Source: Dehalococcoidia bacterium
GTDB taxonomy: Bacteria; Chloroflexota; Dehalococcoidia; Dehalococcoidales; Fen-1064
Length of the DNA stretch: 64,000 bases
Direction: 5' to 3'
Assembly: GCA_011170375.1 (NCBI GenBank)
Contig: DUEV01000009.1
Coordinates: 1,694-65,693, forward strand
Numbering within the stretch: position 1 is the first letter of the stretch; each line of letters opens with the position of its first letter. The notes under the pieces are model-generated. The model saw only the letters and a program-made list of their open reading frames with translations, was not told the origin of the DNA and did no database searches. Made by a program: the position numbers and the translations under genes. This document shows positions 46,084 to 55,170 of this stretch, one piece after another.

Positions 46084-46776
46084 ATGAAATACGAAGCCGT
46101 TATCTTTGATTTATTCGGGACGCTGGTGCCGGCTCTGCCTTACCGGGAATATCGGCTGGTACTTGGGCGAATGGCATCAACTCTCTCGATACCGGTGGAT
46201 GATTTTAACCGAATATGGTTCGAGACCTCCCAAGAACGCAATACAGGAGTCATGCTGACTATCGAGGCCAACATCGAGCATGTATGTAAGGAGCTGGGAA
46301 CACGTACTGGTGATGACGAAATCAGGCGGGCTATGCGGATAAGGATTGATTTCGTTACGCGGATAATGCAGCCACGACCGGATGCTATAGAGGTGCTTTC
46401 CCGGCTGAAGTCACAGGGATTCAAGATTGGGCTTATCAGTAACTGCTCTGCCGATACTCCGGTAATCTGGCAGGATACGCCCTTCGTACCGTTCTTTGAT
46501 GTCACCATATTTTCCAGTTCGGTGGGGATGAAGAAACCCGACCCGCGTATCTATAGCCTGGCTATGGGACAACTGGGGGTAAAGCCGGAGGACTGTCTCT
46601 ATGTTGGCGATGGGGCCAGTCAGGAGTTGGCCGGAGCTGCCCGGGTCGGCATGAACCCTGTCCTGATAAAAGTCTTAGATGAGGATTTCGACGATGCACT
46701 TCCGGAGGATGCCAGGGAGGAGTGGGATGGCCCGACGGTCTCTTCGTTGACGGCAGTGCTGTCGCTGGTTGAGTAA
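46084..46776 (+). CDS. HAD-superfamily hydrolase, paralog 1 (motif I FDLFGTL)
   Basis: Motif I is AVIFDLFGTLV, motif II GLISNCS, motif III KKPDPRIY and motif IV YVGDGASQEL. Confidence 0.8.
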   Translation: MKYEAVIFDLFGTLVPALPYREYRLVLGRMASTLSIPVDDFNRIWFETSQERNTGVMLTIEANIEHVCKELGTRTGDDEIRRAMRIRIDFVTRIMQPRPDAIEVLSRLKSQGFKIGLISNCSADTPVIWQDTPFVPFFDVTIFSSSVGMKKPDPRIYSLAMGQLGVKPEDCLYVGDGASQELAGAARVGMNPVLIKVLDEDFDDALPEDAREEWDGPTVSSLTAVLSLVE

Positions 46777-46812
46777 CTCAACCGATCTTGCATTAGTACA
46801 CGGAATGAATCA

Positions 46813-47490
46813 ATGAAATACCCAGCCGTCATTTTTGATTTATTCGGGACACTGGTCAACGACCTCGCCGGGCCGGAATATGAGATTGTACTCCGGCAGA
46901 TGGCTTCATTGCTGTCCATGCCGCCTGATAAGTTCAGACAATTATGGTCCGATACCTTCTACAAAAGAAATACTGGGGGTTTCGATAGTATTGAGGCCAA
47001 TGTCACATATATTTGTGGTAAGTTCGGGGCTCAAGTAGAACAGCGAGTTATCAATCGTGCTGCACGAATCAGACATGATTTCAAGAGAAGCGCGATGTTG
47101 AAGCTGAGAGCAGACGCTATAGAGGTACTTTCTTGCCTGAAATCTCAGGGCCTCAAGATTGGCCTTGTCAGCAACTGCACTCCTGCTGCCCCGGTAATCT
47201 GGCCGGATACGCCTCTCGCTCCTCTGTTTGACGTAACGGCGTTTTCCTCTGTGGCAGGTGTAGTTAAGCCAGACCCCCGCATTTATTTCTTAGCTACGGA
47301 GCAGCTGGGGGTGCAGCCAGAAGATTGCCTCTACGTCGGTGACGGAGGTAGCCAGGAACTGACCGGTGCTGCTAAGGTGGGTATGACTCCTGTCCTTATT
47401 CGTGCCCCCGTAAAGGATTTTGTTGTCAGGGAAGAGTGGAATGGTCCTACTATCTCTTCGCTTTCAGAATTACTGTCGCTGCTTGAGTAG
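46813..47490 (+). CDS. HAD-superfamily hydrolase, paralog 2
   Basis: Same motifs as paralog 1. Long stretches are near-identical to paralog 3 at the nucleotide level. Confidence 0.8.
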   Translation: MKYPAVIFDLFGTLVNDLAGPEYEIVLRQMASLLSMPPDKFRQLWSDTFYKRNTGGFDSIEANVTYICGKFGAQVEQRVINRAARIRHDFKRSAMLKLRADAIEVLSCLKSQGLKIGLVSNCTPAAPVIWPDTPLAPLFDVTAFSSVAGVVKPDPRIYFLATEQLGVQPEDCLYVGDGGSQELTGAAKVGMTPVLIRAPVKDFVVREEWNGPTISSLSELLSLLE

Positions 47491-47526
47491 CCAAACTGAT
47501 TCTGCATTGGTATCGGGAATGAATTA

Positions 47527-48204
47527 ATGAAATATAAAACCGTCATTTTTGATTTATTCGGGACGCTAGTCGACGACTACTCTGGGCCAGGGTATGAGGC
47601 TATACTCGGTCAAATGGCGTCTGTTCTGGGTGTATCTTACAGTGATTTCCGGCGACTGTGGTCAGAAACCTACCACAGAAGGAATACAGGTGGTTTTAAG
47701 AGCATACAGGATAATGTTGCATATATTTGTCAGCAACTTGAGGTTCAGGCGGAGCAGGATGATATCAATCGTGCCGCACGGATTAGGCATGATTTCAAGA
47801 GAGGCGTGATGTTAGCGCCCAGAGCGGACGTTTTAGAGGTGCTCTCTCGCCTGAAATCTCAGGGCCTCAAGATTGGCCTTGTCAGCAACTGCACTCCTGG
47901 TGCTCCGGTAATCTGGCCCGATATACCTCTCGCTGCACTCTTCGACGTAGCAGTGTTTTCCTCTTCGGTAGGTATATTGAAGCCAGACCCCCGCATTTAT
48001 CTCTTAGCTACAGAGCGGCTGGAGGTACAACCGGAGGACTGTATCTATGTCGGTGATGGAGGTAGTCAGGAGCTAAGCGGTGCTGCTAGAGTAGGTATGA
48101 CCCCTGTTCTTATCCGTGCCCCCGTAAAGGATTTTGTTGTCAGGGAAGAGTGGAATGGCCCCACTATTGCGTCTCTTACGGAATTGTTGTCGCTGATAGA
48201 GTAA
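47527..48204 (+). CDS. HAD-superfamily hydrolase, paralog 3
   Basis: Same motifs. The C-terminus GMTPVLIRAPVKDFVVREEWNGPTI is identical to that of paralog 2. Confidence 0.8.
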   Translation: MKYKTVIFDLFGTLVDDYSGPGYEAILGQMASVLGVSYSDFRRLWSETYHRRNTGGFKSIQDNVAYICQQLEVQAEQDDINRAARIRHDFKRGVMLAPRADVLEVLSRLKSQGLKIGLVSNCTPGAPVIWPDIPLAALFDVAVFSSSVGILKPDPRIYLLATERLEVQPEDCIYVGDGGSQELSGAARVGMTPVLIRAPVKDFVVREEWNGPTIASLTELLSLIE

Positions 48205-48222
48205 GTTGTTGTAAGTAACATT

Positions 48223-48687
48223 ATGGGTGGCGAAAGGGGTGTGAGTATGTCCGAGTCGTCTGGACGCGAGTATCCGCAGCGTCCCGTTCCTGGCGTCCAT
48301 GCGGCCATCCTGAAGGAGAACCGTGTGTTACTGGTGAAGCGCCTTAATGAGCCTAGTCGTGGGAGGTGGAGTCTTCCTGGCGGCAGGATTGAGCTTGGTG
48401 AGACTATCTACGAGGCAGTTAAGCGTGAGGTGCTTGAAGAGTGTTCCATCGAGATTGAGGTGGAGCGTGTTCTTGATGTGGGAAATAACATTGTCCGGGA
48501 TGATGATGGTCGTATTCGCTACCATTATGTTTTAATATACGTGTTGGCTCGACATACGGGGGGAGAGGTGCAGGCGCAGTCGGACGCTGGGGATTTCATG
48601 TGGGCTAAGGCCGAGGAAATTCCGAAGCTTGATATGCACCCTGAGCTGCAGAGGATGCTACCCTTAATCATTGAGATATGCGCCTAG
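48223..48687 (+). CDS. NUDIX hydrolase, paralog 1
   Basis: Nudix box GGRIELGETIYEAVKREVLEECSI. Confidence 0.85.
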   Translation: MGGERGVSMSESSGREYPQRPVPGVHAAILKENRVLLVKRLNEPSRGRWSLPGGRIELGETIYEAVKREVLEECSIEIEVERVLDVGNNIVRDDDGRIRYHYVLIYVLARHTGGEVQAQSDAGDFMWAKAEEIPKLDMHPELQRMLPLIIEICA

Positions 48688-48727
48688 AATTCCTGTCTTC
48701 ACTGGTAGTCTGCAGAGGTCGAAATCA

Positions 48728-49417
48728 ATGAAATATAAAGCCGTCATTTTTGACCTGTTCGGGACACTTATTGACAACTTCTCGGCTGAAGAATACTTCG
48801 GGGTATTGAGAGAGATGGCCTCAGTGCTTTCGGCTCCTGAAGAAGAATTCACGAACCTGTGGTTAGGTACGTTCGATGAGCGCGCGACTGGACTTATAAA
48901 GAGCCTCGGAGCCAATATCGATCATGTCTGCCAGAAACTCAACCTATTAGTAGATGACAGGCAGGTAGAACTTGCTGCCCAAATCAGGTTTGATTTCGAG
49001 ACACGCTCGGTGATACCACGACCAGATGCCATAAAGGTGCTTTCCTGTTTGAAGTCGGCAGGTTATAAGACCGGTCTTGTTACTGATTGTTCGTCTGAGC
49101 TGACGACGATGTGGGAAGAAACACCTCTTGCCCCTTTAATCGATGTCCCCGTATTCTCCTGCGTAGCAGGTATCAAGAAGCCCGACCCGCGTATTTATCT
49201 GCTGGCCACGGAACAATTAGGAGTACAGCCGGAGGAGTGCCTCTATGTCGGTGACGGTAGCAGCCAGGAACTGAGCGGTGCCGCTAGTGTTGGTATGAGC
49301 CCTGTCCTGATTCGTGTACCTAGTGACGAATCTATTCACTACTATCGAATTGATGCTGAGGACTGGGATGGGCCCAGCGTCTCTTCGTTAAGTGAAGTTC
49401 TGAAGTTGGTTAAGTAG
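48728..49417 (+). CDS. HAD-superfamily hydrolase, paralog 4
   Basis: MKYKAVIFDLFGTL with the same motif set. I placed the start at the internal ATG, matching the other paralogs. Confidence 0.8.
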   Translation: MKYKAVIFDLFGTLIDNFSAEEYFGVLREMASVLSAPEEEFTNLWLGTFDERATGLIKSLGANIDHVCQKLNLLVDDRQVELAAQIRFDFETRSVIPRPDAIKVLSCLKSAGYKTGLVTDCSSELTTMWEETPLAPLIDVPVFSCVAGIKKPDPRIYLLATEQLGVQPEECLYVGDGSSQELSGAASVGMSPVLIRVPSDESIHYYRIDAEDWDGPSVSSLSEVLKLVK

Positions 49418-49435
49418 TCTGTTGGAGGGGAGAGC

Positions 49436-49909
49436 GTGAGCTCTGAAAGGACAAGCCCTGACTCCTTTAGCCGTGAGTACCCACAGCGCCCGATAGTCAC
49501 TGCTGTGGCGTGTGTCTTTCGTGGGGACAAGGTGCTCTTGATAAGACGTGGACAAGAACCCAACAAAGGTCGCTGGAGTGTACCCGGTGGTGCTATTAAT
49601 TTGGGAGAAAAAATCTACGATGCGGTACGGCGCGAGGTTCGCGAAGAGTGTGGCATCGAAATTGAAGTGGTCAAGGTCATCAATGCGGCCGACGGCATTA
49701 TTCCAGACGAGGCCGGGCGCTTCTGGTTTCACTACGTGCCGATATACATACTGGCCCGCCATATGAGTGGAGAGGCACGCGCCGATACGGATGCCATGGA
49801 TGTTCGATGGGTGATAAGGGAGGAACTGGATACCTTCGATCTGAGCCCCGTTACCTACGAGAATGTGGTTCGGGCCTTTGACATGGCACATGACCTGGGC
49901 TTTTTCTAA
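49436..49909 (+). CDS. NUDIX hydrolase, paralog 2
   Basis: Nudix box GGAINLGEKIYDAVRREVREECGI. It shares the N-terminal segment REYPQRP with paralog 1. Confidence 0.85.
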   Translation: MSSERTSPDSFSREYPQRPIVTAVACVFRGDKVLLIRRGQEPNKGRWSVPGGAINLGEKIYDAVRREVREECGIEIEVVKVINAADGIIPDEAGRFWFHYVPIYILARHMSGEARADTDAMDVRWVIREELDTFDLSPVTYENVVRAFDMAHDLGFF

Positions 49910-49939
49910 CAGAGAATCCCATTATCTCTACGGATGGGA

Positions 49940-50200
49940 AGCGAGCCAAGGGGGACACCCCCTTGGAATCCCCCGTAAAGAGGGGTTCCACCCCTCTTTG
50001 ACTCCCCAAAACGGTGTGGAGCTAGTTCTTTGGCGGGGGTCGTTCGCACCTTGAAAGGTGCCACTTCATCAAAGCCGGGGCTATGCTGAGATGTATTTTA
50101 GAGAGGTGTTAAAGAGGGGCGCAGCCCCTCTTTTCTATTATTCCCCCTTCCCCTTGGGGAAGGGGGTAAGGGGGATGGGGCCATCACCACCAGACAGGTA
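49940..50200. repeat. cluster of GC-rich hairpins (REP-like intergenic element), copy 2
   Basis: Four hairpins: CCAAGGGGG-ACA-CCCCCTTGG, AGAGGGG-TTCCA-CCCCTCT, AGAGGGGC-GCA-GCCCCTCT followed by a T-rich run (terminator-like, 50113..50138), and ATTATTCCCCCTTCCCCTTGGGGAAGGGGG. Confidence 0.65.
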
Positions 50201-50289
50201 AAAGAAGGGCAAAATATCCCTTTATTTATATGAGCGTATGTCCTTAAGTATTGCCCAGGCCTGTGTTATAATTCTATCGGTGACAGAAA

Positions 50290-51360
50290 ATGTGGGATAA
50301 GCTGGAACAAATAAACAATCGATACCAGGAAATCGACCGGCAGATGGCTGCCCCTGAGGTTGCTTCTGACCCGAAAGAACTACAAAGACTGGCCCAGGAG
50401 AAGGCCTCAATTGAAGATATGGTGTCCATTTACCGGGAGTACCGGGCTGCTGAGAAGTCGCTGGAAGAGACCAGGGGGATGCTTCGTGCTGAGCAGGATG
50501 ATGAGATGGCTGCACTGGTCAAGCAGGAGGTTGCCGAACTGGAATCGAAGCTGGGCGAGTTGGGTGAGCAGTTAAAGCTGACCTTGGTACCCAAAGACCC
50601 CAACGATGAGAAGAACATCATAATGGAAATTCGGGCGGGGGCTGGTGGTGATGAAGCGGGCCTGTTTGCCGCCGACCTCTTTCGTATGTATACCCGGTAC
50701 GCGCAGGCGAGGGGCTGGAATGTCGATATTATCAGCGCCAATGAGAGCGGTATCGGCGGCTTCAAGGAGATTATCTTCGAGGTCAGGGGAAAAGGTGCTT
50801 TCAGCCGCCTCAAGTATGAACGGGGTGTTCACCGTGTGCAGCGGGTGCCGGTCACCGAGTCTTCTGGTCGGATTCATACCTCCACCGCCACCGTAGCCGT
50901 TCTGCCTGAAGCTGAAGAAATAGAACTGGATGTTAATCCTGAAGACCTGCGGATTGATATCTTTCACAGTGGGGGTGCTGGGGGACAGAACGTTAACAAG
51001 GTTGCCACGGCAGTGCGTATTACCCACCTGCCGACCGGGATGGTGGTCGTCTGCCAGGATGAGCGATCGCAACTGAGAAACAAGACGAAAGCTATGGCGG
51101 TGCTCCGTGCCCGGCTGCTTGACATCGAGCGTCGGCGACAGGAGGCAGAGGTGAGTACGCAGCGTCGTTCTCAGGTGGGTACCGGTGACCGCTCTGAGAA
51201 GATTCGTACCTATAACTTTCCGCAAGACCGTGTCTCAGACCACCGCATTAGTATGAATCTGCATAACCTGCCCCGTTTCATGGAGGGGGACCTCGACCAG
51301 CTAATCGATGCCCTCGCCACCGATGACCAGGCAAAACAGCTGCAGGAACAACTGGCGTGA
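50290..51360 (+). CDS. prfA: peptide chain release factor 1
   Basis: GGQ motif (SGGAGGQNVNKV) and a PxT-type tripeptide (PVT). Confidence 0.95.
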   Translation: MWDKLEQINNRYQEIDRQMAAPEVASDPKELQRLAQEKASIEDMVSIYREYRAAEKSLEETRGMLRAEQDDEMAALVKQEVAELESKLGELGEQLKLTLVPKDPNDEKNIIMEIRAGAGGDEAGLFAADLFRMYTRYAQARGWNVDIISANESGIGGFKEIIFEVRGKGAFSRLKYERGVHRVQRVPVTESSGRIHTSTATVAVLPEAEEIELDVNPEDLRIDIFHSGGAGGQNVNKVATAVRITHLPTGMVVVCQDERSQLRNKTKAMAVLRARLLDIERRRQEAEVSTQRRSQVGTGDRSEKIRTYNFPQDRVSDHRISMNLHNLPRFMEGDLDQLIDALATDDQAKQLQEQLA

Positions 51361-52196
51361 TTATAAGGCAGGCCCTGGTTAATGGGCGGAGGATGCTCGA
51401 GGAGTACGAAATTGAAGACGCTCCGCTTGAGGCTGAGATTCTGCTCAGGGACGTCCTCAAGAAAACACGAGCGGAGTTGCACCTGGAGTTTGACAGCGAG
51501 TTGAGCCCACATCAGTATGCTGCCTTCCGTCAATTAATTAGGCGACGCTGTCGTGATGAACCCACCGCTTATATCCTAGGGCGTCGTGAGTTCTATGGGC
51601 GTGATTTTCTGGTTGATAACCGTGTCCTCGTGCCGCGTCCGGAGACCGAACTCCTGGTGGAGAAGGCCATTGAGTTTGCCCGTGACTACGAGGCTCCTTT
51701 ATTAGCTGACGTTGGTACCGGCTGCGGCGCCGTTGCCATTGTACTGGCGCTTGAGCTATCGGAGTCCACAGTTTATGCTACTGATGTCTCGGCTGATGCT
51801 CTCACAGTAGCCCGTAAAAACTGCCGGAAGCATGGGGTCGAACTCAGTGTGCGTCTTCTGAAGGGGAGCCTACTTGACGTGCTACCGGAGCCCGTTGACA
51901 TAATAACTGCCAATCTGCCGTATGTCCGCAAAGCCGACTTGCCCCAGACCGGTCCGGTCAGCACCGAGCCACGTCTGGCTATTGATGGTGGCTTTGATGG
52001 GCTGGAACAGATACGCCAGCTCTGCCGCCAGGCAGGCAATAAACTTAATCCTCATGGCCATCTGCTTCTGGAGGTAGGGCAAGGTCAGGCGGAGGCTGTT
52101 ACTATTCTGTTGCGCGGCCTGTTTCCCATGGCTCAAATACAGATGGTACCGGACCTGAGCGGTATTGACCGGGTAATCAGTCTGTCGTTGCCTTGA
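51357..52196 (+). CDS. prmC: release factor glutamine N5-methyltransferase
   Basis: It overlaps the prfA stop by 4 nt. SAM motif DVGTGCGA and an NPPY-type motif (ANLPY). Confidence 0.9.
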   Translation: MIIRQALVNGRRMLEEYEIEDAPLEAEILLRDVLKKTRAELHLEFDSELSPHQYAAFRQLIRRRCRDEPTAYILGRREFYGRDFLVDNRVLVPRPETELLVEKAIEFARDYEAPLLADVGTGCGAVAIVLALELSESTVYATDVSADALTVARKNCRKHGVELSVRLLKGSLLDVLPEPVDIITANLPYVRKADLPQTGPVSTEPRLAIDGGFDGLEQIRQLCRQAGNKLNPHGHLLLEVGQGQAEAVTILLRGLFPMAQIQMVPDLSGIDRVISLSLP

Positions 52197-52220
52197 TGTC
52201 AGTTAAGAGGAGGTTCTCAA

Positions 52221-53414
52221 ATGGCGGGACCATTAGCCGGGATAAGGGTGCTTGACTTGGGGCGTTTCATCGCCTGCCCTTTCTGCGGAATGCTGCTGGC
52301 TGACCTTGGTGCCGAGGTTATTCGGGTAGAGAGGCCGGGTGGGGGCCAGGACCGTTACCTCGGCCTGCTGGCACCAACCGGCGATAGCTATGGTTTCACC
52401 AACCACAACCGCAATAAAAAGGGCATATCACTCAACTTCGAAAGGACTGAGCGCGGTCGGGAGATACTGAACGAGTTGATAAAGCGCTCGGACGTGGTGA
52501 TTGAGAACTTCAGCCCCGAGGCCGCTAAAGCCTTGGGCATTACTTATGAAGACTTAAAGAAGGTCAGGCAAGATATCATCTTTGCCGATGTATCTGCCTT
52601 CGGCACTACCGGTCCATACAGCCACCGTCTTGGCTTTGACCAGATTGCTAAGGCGATGTCGGGAGCAATGGCTATAAGCGGCTTCCCCGGCCCCCCGACC
52701 AAAGAGCAGACGCCTCACACCGACTACCTGACGGCCACTCTGGCGGCGGTGGGTGTTGTTTCTGCCCTCTATCACCGGGAGCGGACCGGGGAAGGACAGA
52801 TGATAGAGACTGCCCTGCTACAGACCGCCGTTACCATGATGGCACCGACGATAGCGGAGTGGGAGACCGGAGGGAAGATTCGCCAGCAGACTGGTAATCG
52901 GGGGCCGTGGTTGGGGCCGAGCGACCTTTATAAGACAAAAGATGGCCAATGGATAATGTTAGCCCTCATAACCAATTCTATATGGCGGCGGTTCTGCCAC
53001 TTCATTGGTCGTGATGACCTGGCAGAGGACCCCCGCTTCCACAATGATATGGCCCGCTGGGAACACCACGATGTTATCGACCCGGTGGTTGCGGAGTGGG
53101 TGGCCTCGCATACTGCTGAGGAAATCATGGCGGCCGCGGAGAAGATACCCATCCCTGCCGGGATTTGCCACGAGCAGACCGAGGTCGCTAGCAATCCCCA
53201 GGTGAAAGCACGTGAGATGCTGACTGATGTGCCTTTTCCCGATGGCAGCGGTAATGCCTTGGTTACCGGGCTGCCCATTCGTATGTCAGGCACTCCTACT
53301 GAGGTACAGCGTTCCTTCCCGGCAGTGGGGGAGCACAATGAGGAGATATACTGCGGTCTGCTCGGGTACAGTCGTGAAGACTTGACCCGGCTCGCCGAAG
53401 AAGGCATAATCTAA
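52221..53414 (+). CDS. family III CoA-transferase (CaiB/BaiF family)
   Basis: PLAGIRVLDLGRF.A.P.C...LADLGAEVI N-terminus. Length is 397 aa. Confidence 0.8.
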   Translation: MAGPLAGIRVLDLGRFIACPFCGMLLADLGAEVIRVERPGGGQDRYLGLLAPTGDSYGFTNHNRNKKGISLNFERTERGREILNELIKRSDVVIENFSPEAAKALGITYEDLKKVRQDIIFADVSAFGTTGPYSHRLGFDQIAKAMSGAMAISGFPGPPTKEQTPHTDYLTATLAAVGVVSALYHRERTGEGQMIETALLQTAVTMMAPTIAEWETGGKIRQQTGNRGPWLGPSDLYKTKDGQWIMLALITNSIWRRFCHFIGRDDLAEDPRFHNDMARWEHHDVIDPVVAEWVASHTAEEIMAAAEKIPIPAGICHEQTEVASNPQVKAREMLTDVPFPDGSGNALVTGLPIRMSGTPTEVQRSFPAVGEHNEEIYCGLLGYSREDLTRLAEEGII

Positions 53415-53459
53415 GTCCACAGTTATACCCGGCGGTAATCACGTGATGGGGGTTTAACT

Positions 53460-54209
53460 ATGCCGCAGTCAATTCCCTGGCACGAAGATGATACCTTCTG
53501 GGAAACATTTGAAGAGGCGATGTTCTCCCGTAGACGCTGGGAAGTTACTCCAGTGGAGGTTGACAGCATCATCTCTTTGCTGAATATCCAACCGGGTATA
53601 AGTGTACTCGACCTTGGCTGCGGATCGGGAAGGCACTCGCTGGAGCTGGCCCGCCGCGGCTTTCATGTGACCGGGGTGGACCGGACACGAAAGTACCTTG
53701 ATGAGGCTGTTGAGCAGGCCAAGAAAGAAGGCCTCGGTATTGAGTTCGTACAGGAGGACATGCGTACCTTCTGTCAGCCAGATGCCTTCGATGCTGTTAT
53801 CAATCTGTTCACCTCATTCAGTTATTTCGAAGATCCGGAGGAAGACCGACAGATAGTCATAAACGTTCACCATTCACTTAAATCAGGTGGTGTTGTTCTC
53901 TTGGAGACTGTTGGTAAGGAGGTTCTTGCCCGTATTTTCTAGGAGAGGAATTGGGAGGAAGTAGATGGTGTTATCGTGCTCCAAGAGCGGAAAGTCAGCC
54001 AGAACTGGGGCTGGATGTGGAACCGCTGGATAATGCTCAAAGGAAACGAACGTGTTGAAAGGGAAATATCACACCGTCTCTACTCGGCCACGGAAATAGT
54101 CTCACTTCTGAAAGAATGTGGTTTTACTGCTGTTGATGTCTATGGTGGTCTTGACGGCAGTCCCTACGACCACACCGCACGGCGTATGGCGGTCGTAGCA
54201 AGGAAATAG
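53460..54209 (+). pseudogene. class I SAM-dependent methyltransferase interrupted by a single in-frame TAG (53940..53942)
   Basis: The ORFs 53460..53942 and 53976..54209 are in the same frame. Read through the TAG, they give one 249-residue protein of typical methyltransferase length, with motif I LDLGCGSGRH. Confidence 0.7.
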
Positions 54210-54321
54210 CGGACTTCATTTTGTTACTTGACGCTGAAATCTTTTAGATGATACAGTACTTAATTGGGTTATTATTAGGTTAAAATAAGGGAACAATGTG
54301 CATAAGGAGGAAGCGCACACG

Positions 54322-55122
54322 ATGAATATGATTGTCTGTGTCAAACAGGTAATCGATCCGGAAGCGCCGCCGGCCAGCTTCAAGATTGATACCGCATCTA
54401 ACTCCGTGGTGCCACCGGCTGGTGTTCCGCCCGTAATCAGTCCTTTTGACGAACAGGCGGTGGAGGCAGCGCTGCGGATAAAGGATGCCATGGGCGGTAC
54501 GATTACGGCGGTGAGTCTGGGTACTGGCCTGCTGCGTGATGTCGTCAAGAAGCCTTTGTCGATGGGGGCAGACGAGCTCGTTCTGCTTGAGGATGCCGCC
54601 TTTGACGGTGGTGATAGCTGGTCGATTGCCGCTGCTCTGGCGGCCGCTATCAAGAAAATCGGTGAGTACGACATCATCTTCTGTGGTCGGCAGGCAGCCG
54701 ACTGGGATGCGGGGCAGGTGGGCTCCGGTCTCGCCGAATTACTTGGTCTGCCCAGTGTAACCCTGGCGAAGAAGGTAGAGGTCAACGACGGTAAGGCCAC
54801 GGTCGAGCGGGTTATCCCGGATGGCTACGAGGTTGTTGAGGTGTCTCTGCCAGCCTTGATTACCGTCAGCAACGAGCTTGGCGAACCCCGATACGCCACC
54901 ATCAAGGGCATCATGGCGGCCAAGAGGAAAGAGCCGATTGTCTGGACACCGGCTGATCTTGGAATTGATACCTCTCAGATTGGTGCTGCCGGTCGGCGTA
55001 CCAGGATGCTCAGGCTTTTCCAGCCGGTTCGTGAGGGCACCTGCGAAATTATCGAGGGCGAGGACGAGGCAGACGCTGGTGCCAATCTGGCAAAAAGACT
55101 TTCGGAGGCAAAGCTGCTGTAG
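54322..55122 (+). CDS. etfB: electron transfer flavoprotein beta subunit
   Basis: MNMIVCVKQV...D... N-terminus typical of EtfB. The ATG follows an AAGGAGGA RBS. Confidence 0.9.
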   Translation: MNMIVCVKQVIDPEAPPASFKIDTASNSVVPPAGVPPVISPFDEQAVEAALRIKDAMGGTITAVSLGTGLLRDVVKKPLSMGADELVLLEDAAFDGGDSWSIAAALAAAIKKIGEYDIIFCGRQAADWDAGQVGSGLAELLGLPSVTLAKKVEVNDGKATVERVIPDGYEVVEVSLPALITVSNELGEPRYATIKGIMAAKRKEPIVWTPADLGIDTSQIGAAGRRTRMLRLFQPVREGTCEIIEGEDEADAGANLAKRLSEAKLL

Positions 55123-55170
55123 TAGTCCGGTTGGACTGCTATCTTGTTTTGAAATAAGGAGGAGATTCAG

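Noticed and set aside
50572-51225. 217-aa minus-strand ORF; the same applies to the 199-aa plus-strand ORF at 56815..57414 and the 197-aa plus-strand ORF at 34886..35479
   Set aside because: All three are antisense to confidently identified genes (prfA, the EF-G paralog, and the DUF4382/PilX-like genes). None has a motif or an RBS.
53940-53942. In-frame TAG as pyrrolysine
   Set aside because: The gene is a generic class I SAM methyltransferase, not a methylamine methyltransferase. No pyl genes are visible in the window. I keep it only as an unverified remote option under the pseudogene finding.
54216-54800. 194-aa minus-strand ORF
   Set aside because: It is antisense to etfB, which has unmistakable family features and an RBS. 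The translation is Ala/Ser/Pro-rich and unstructured.
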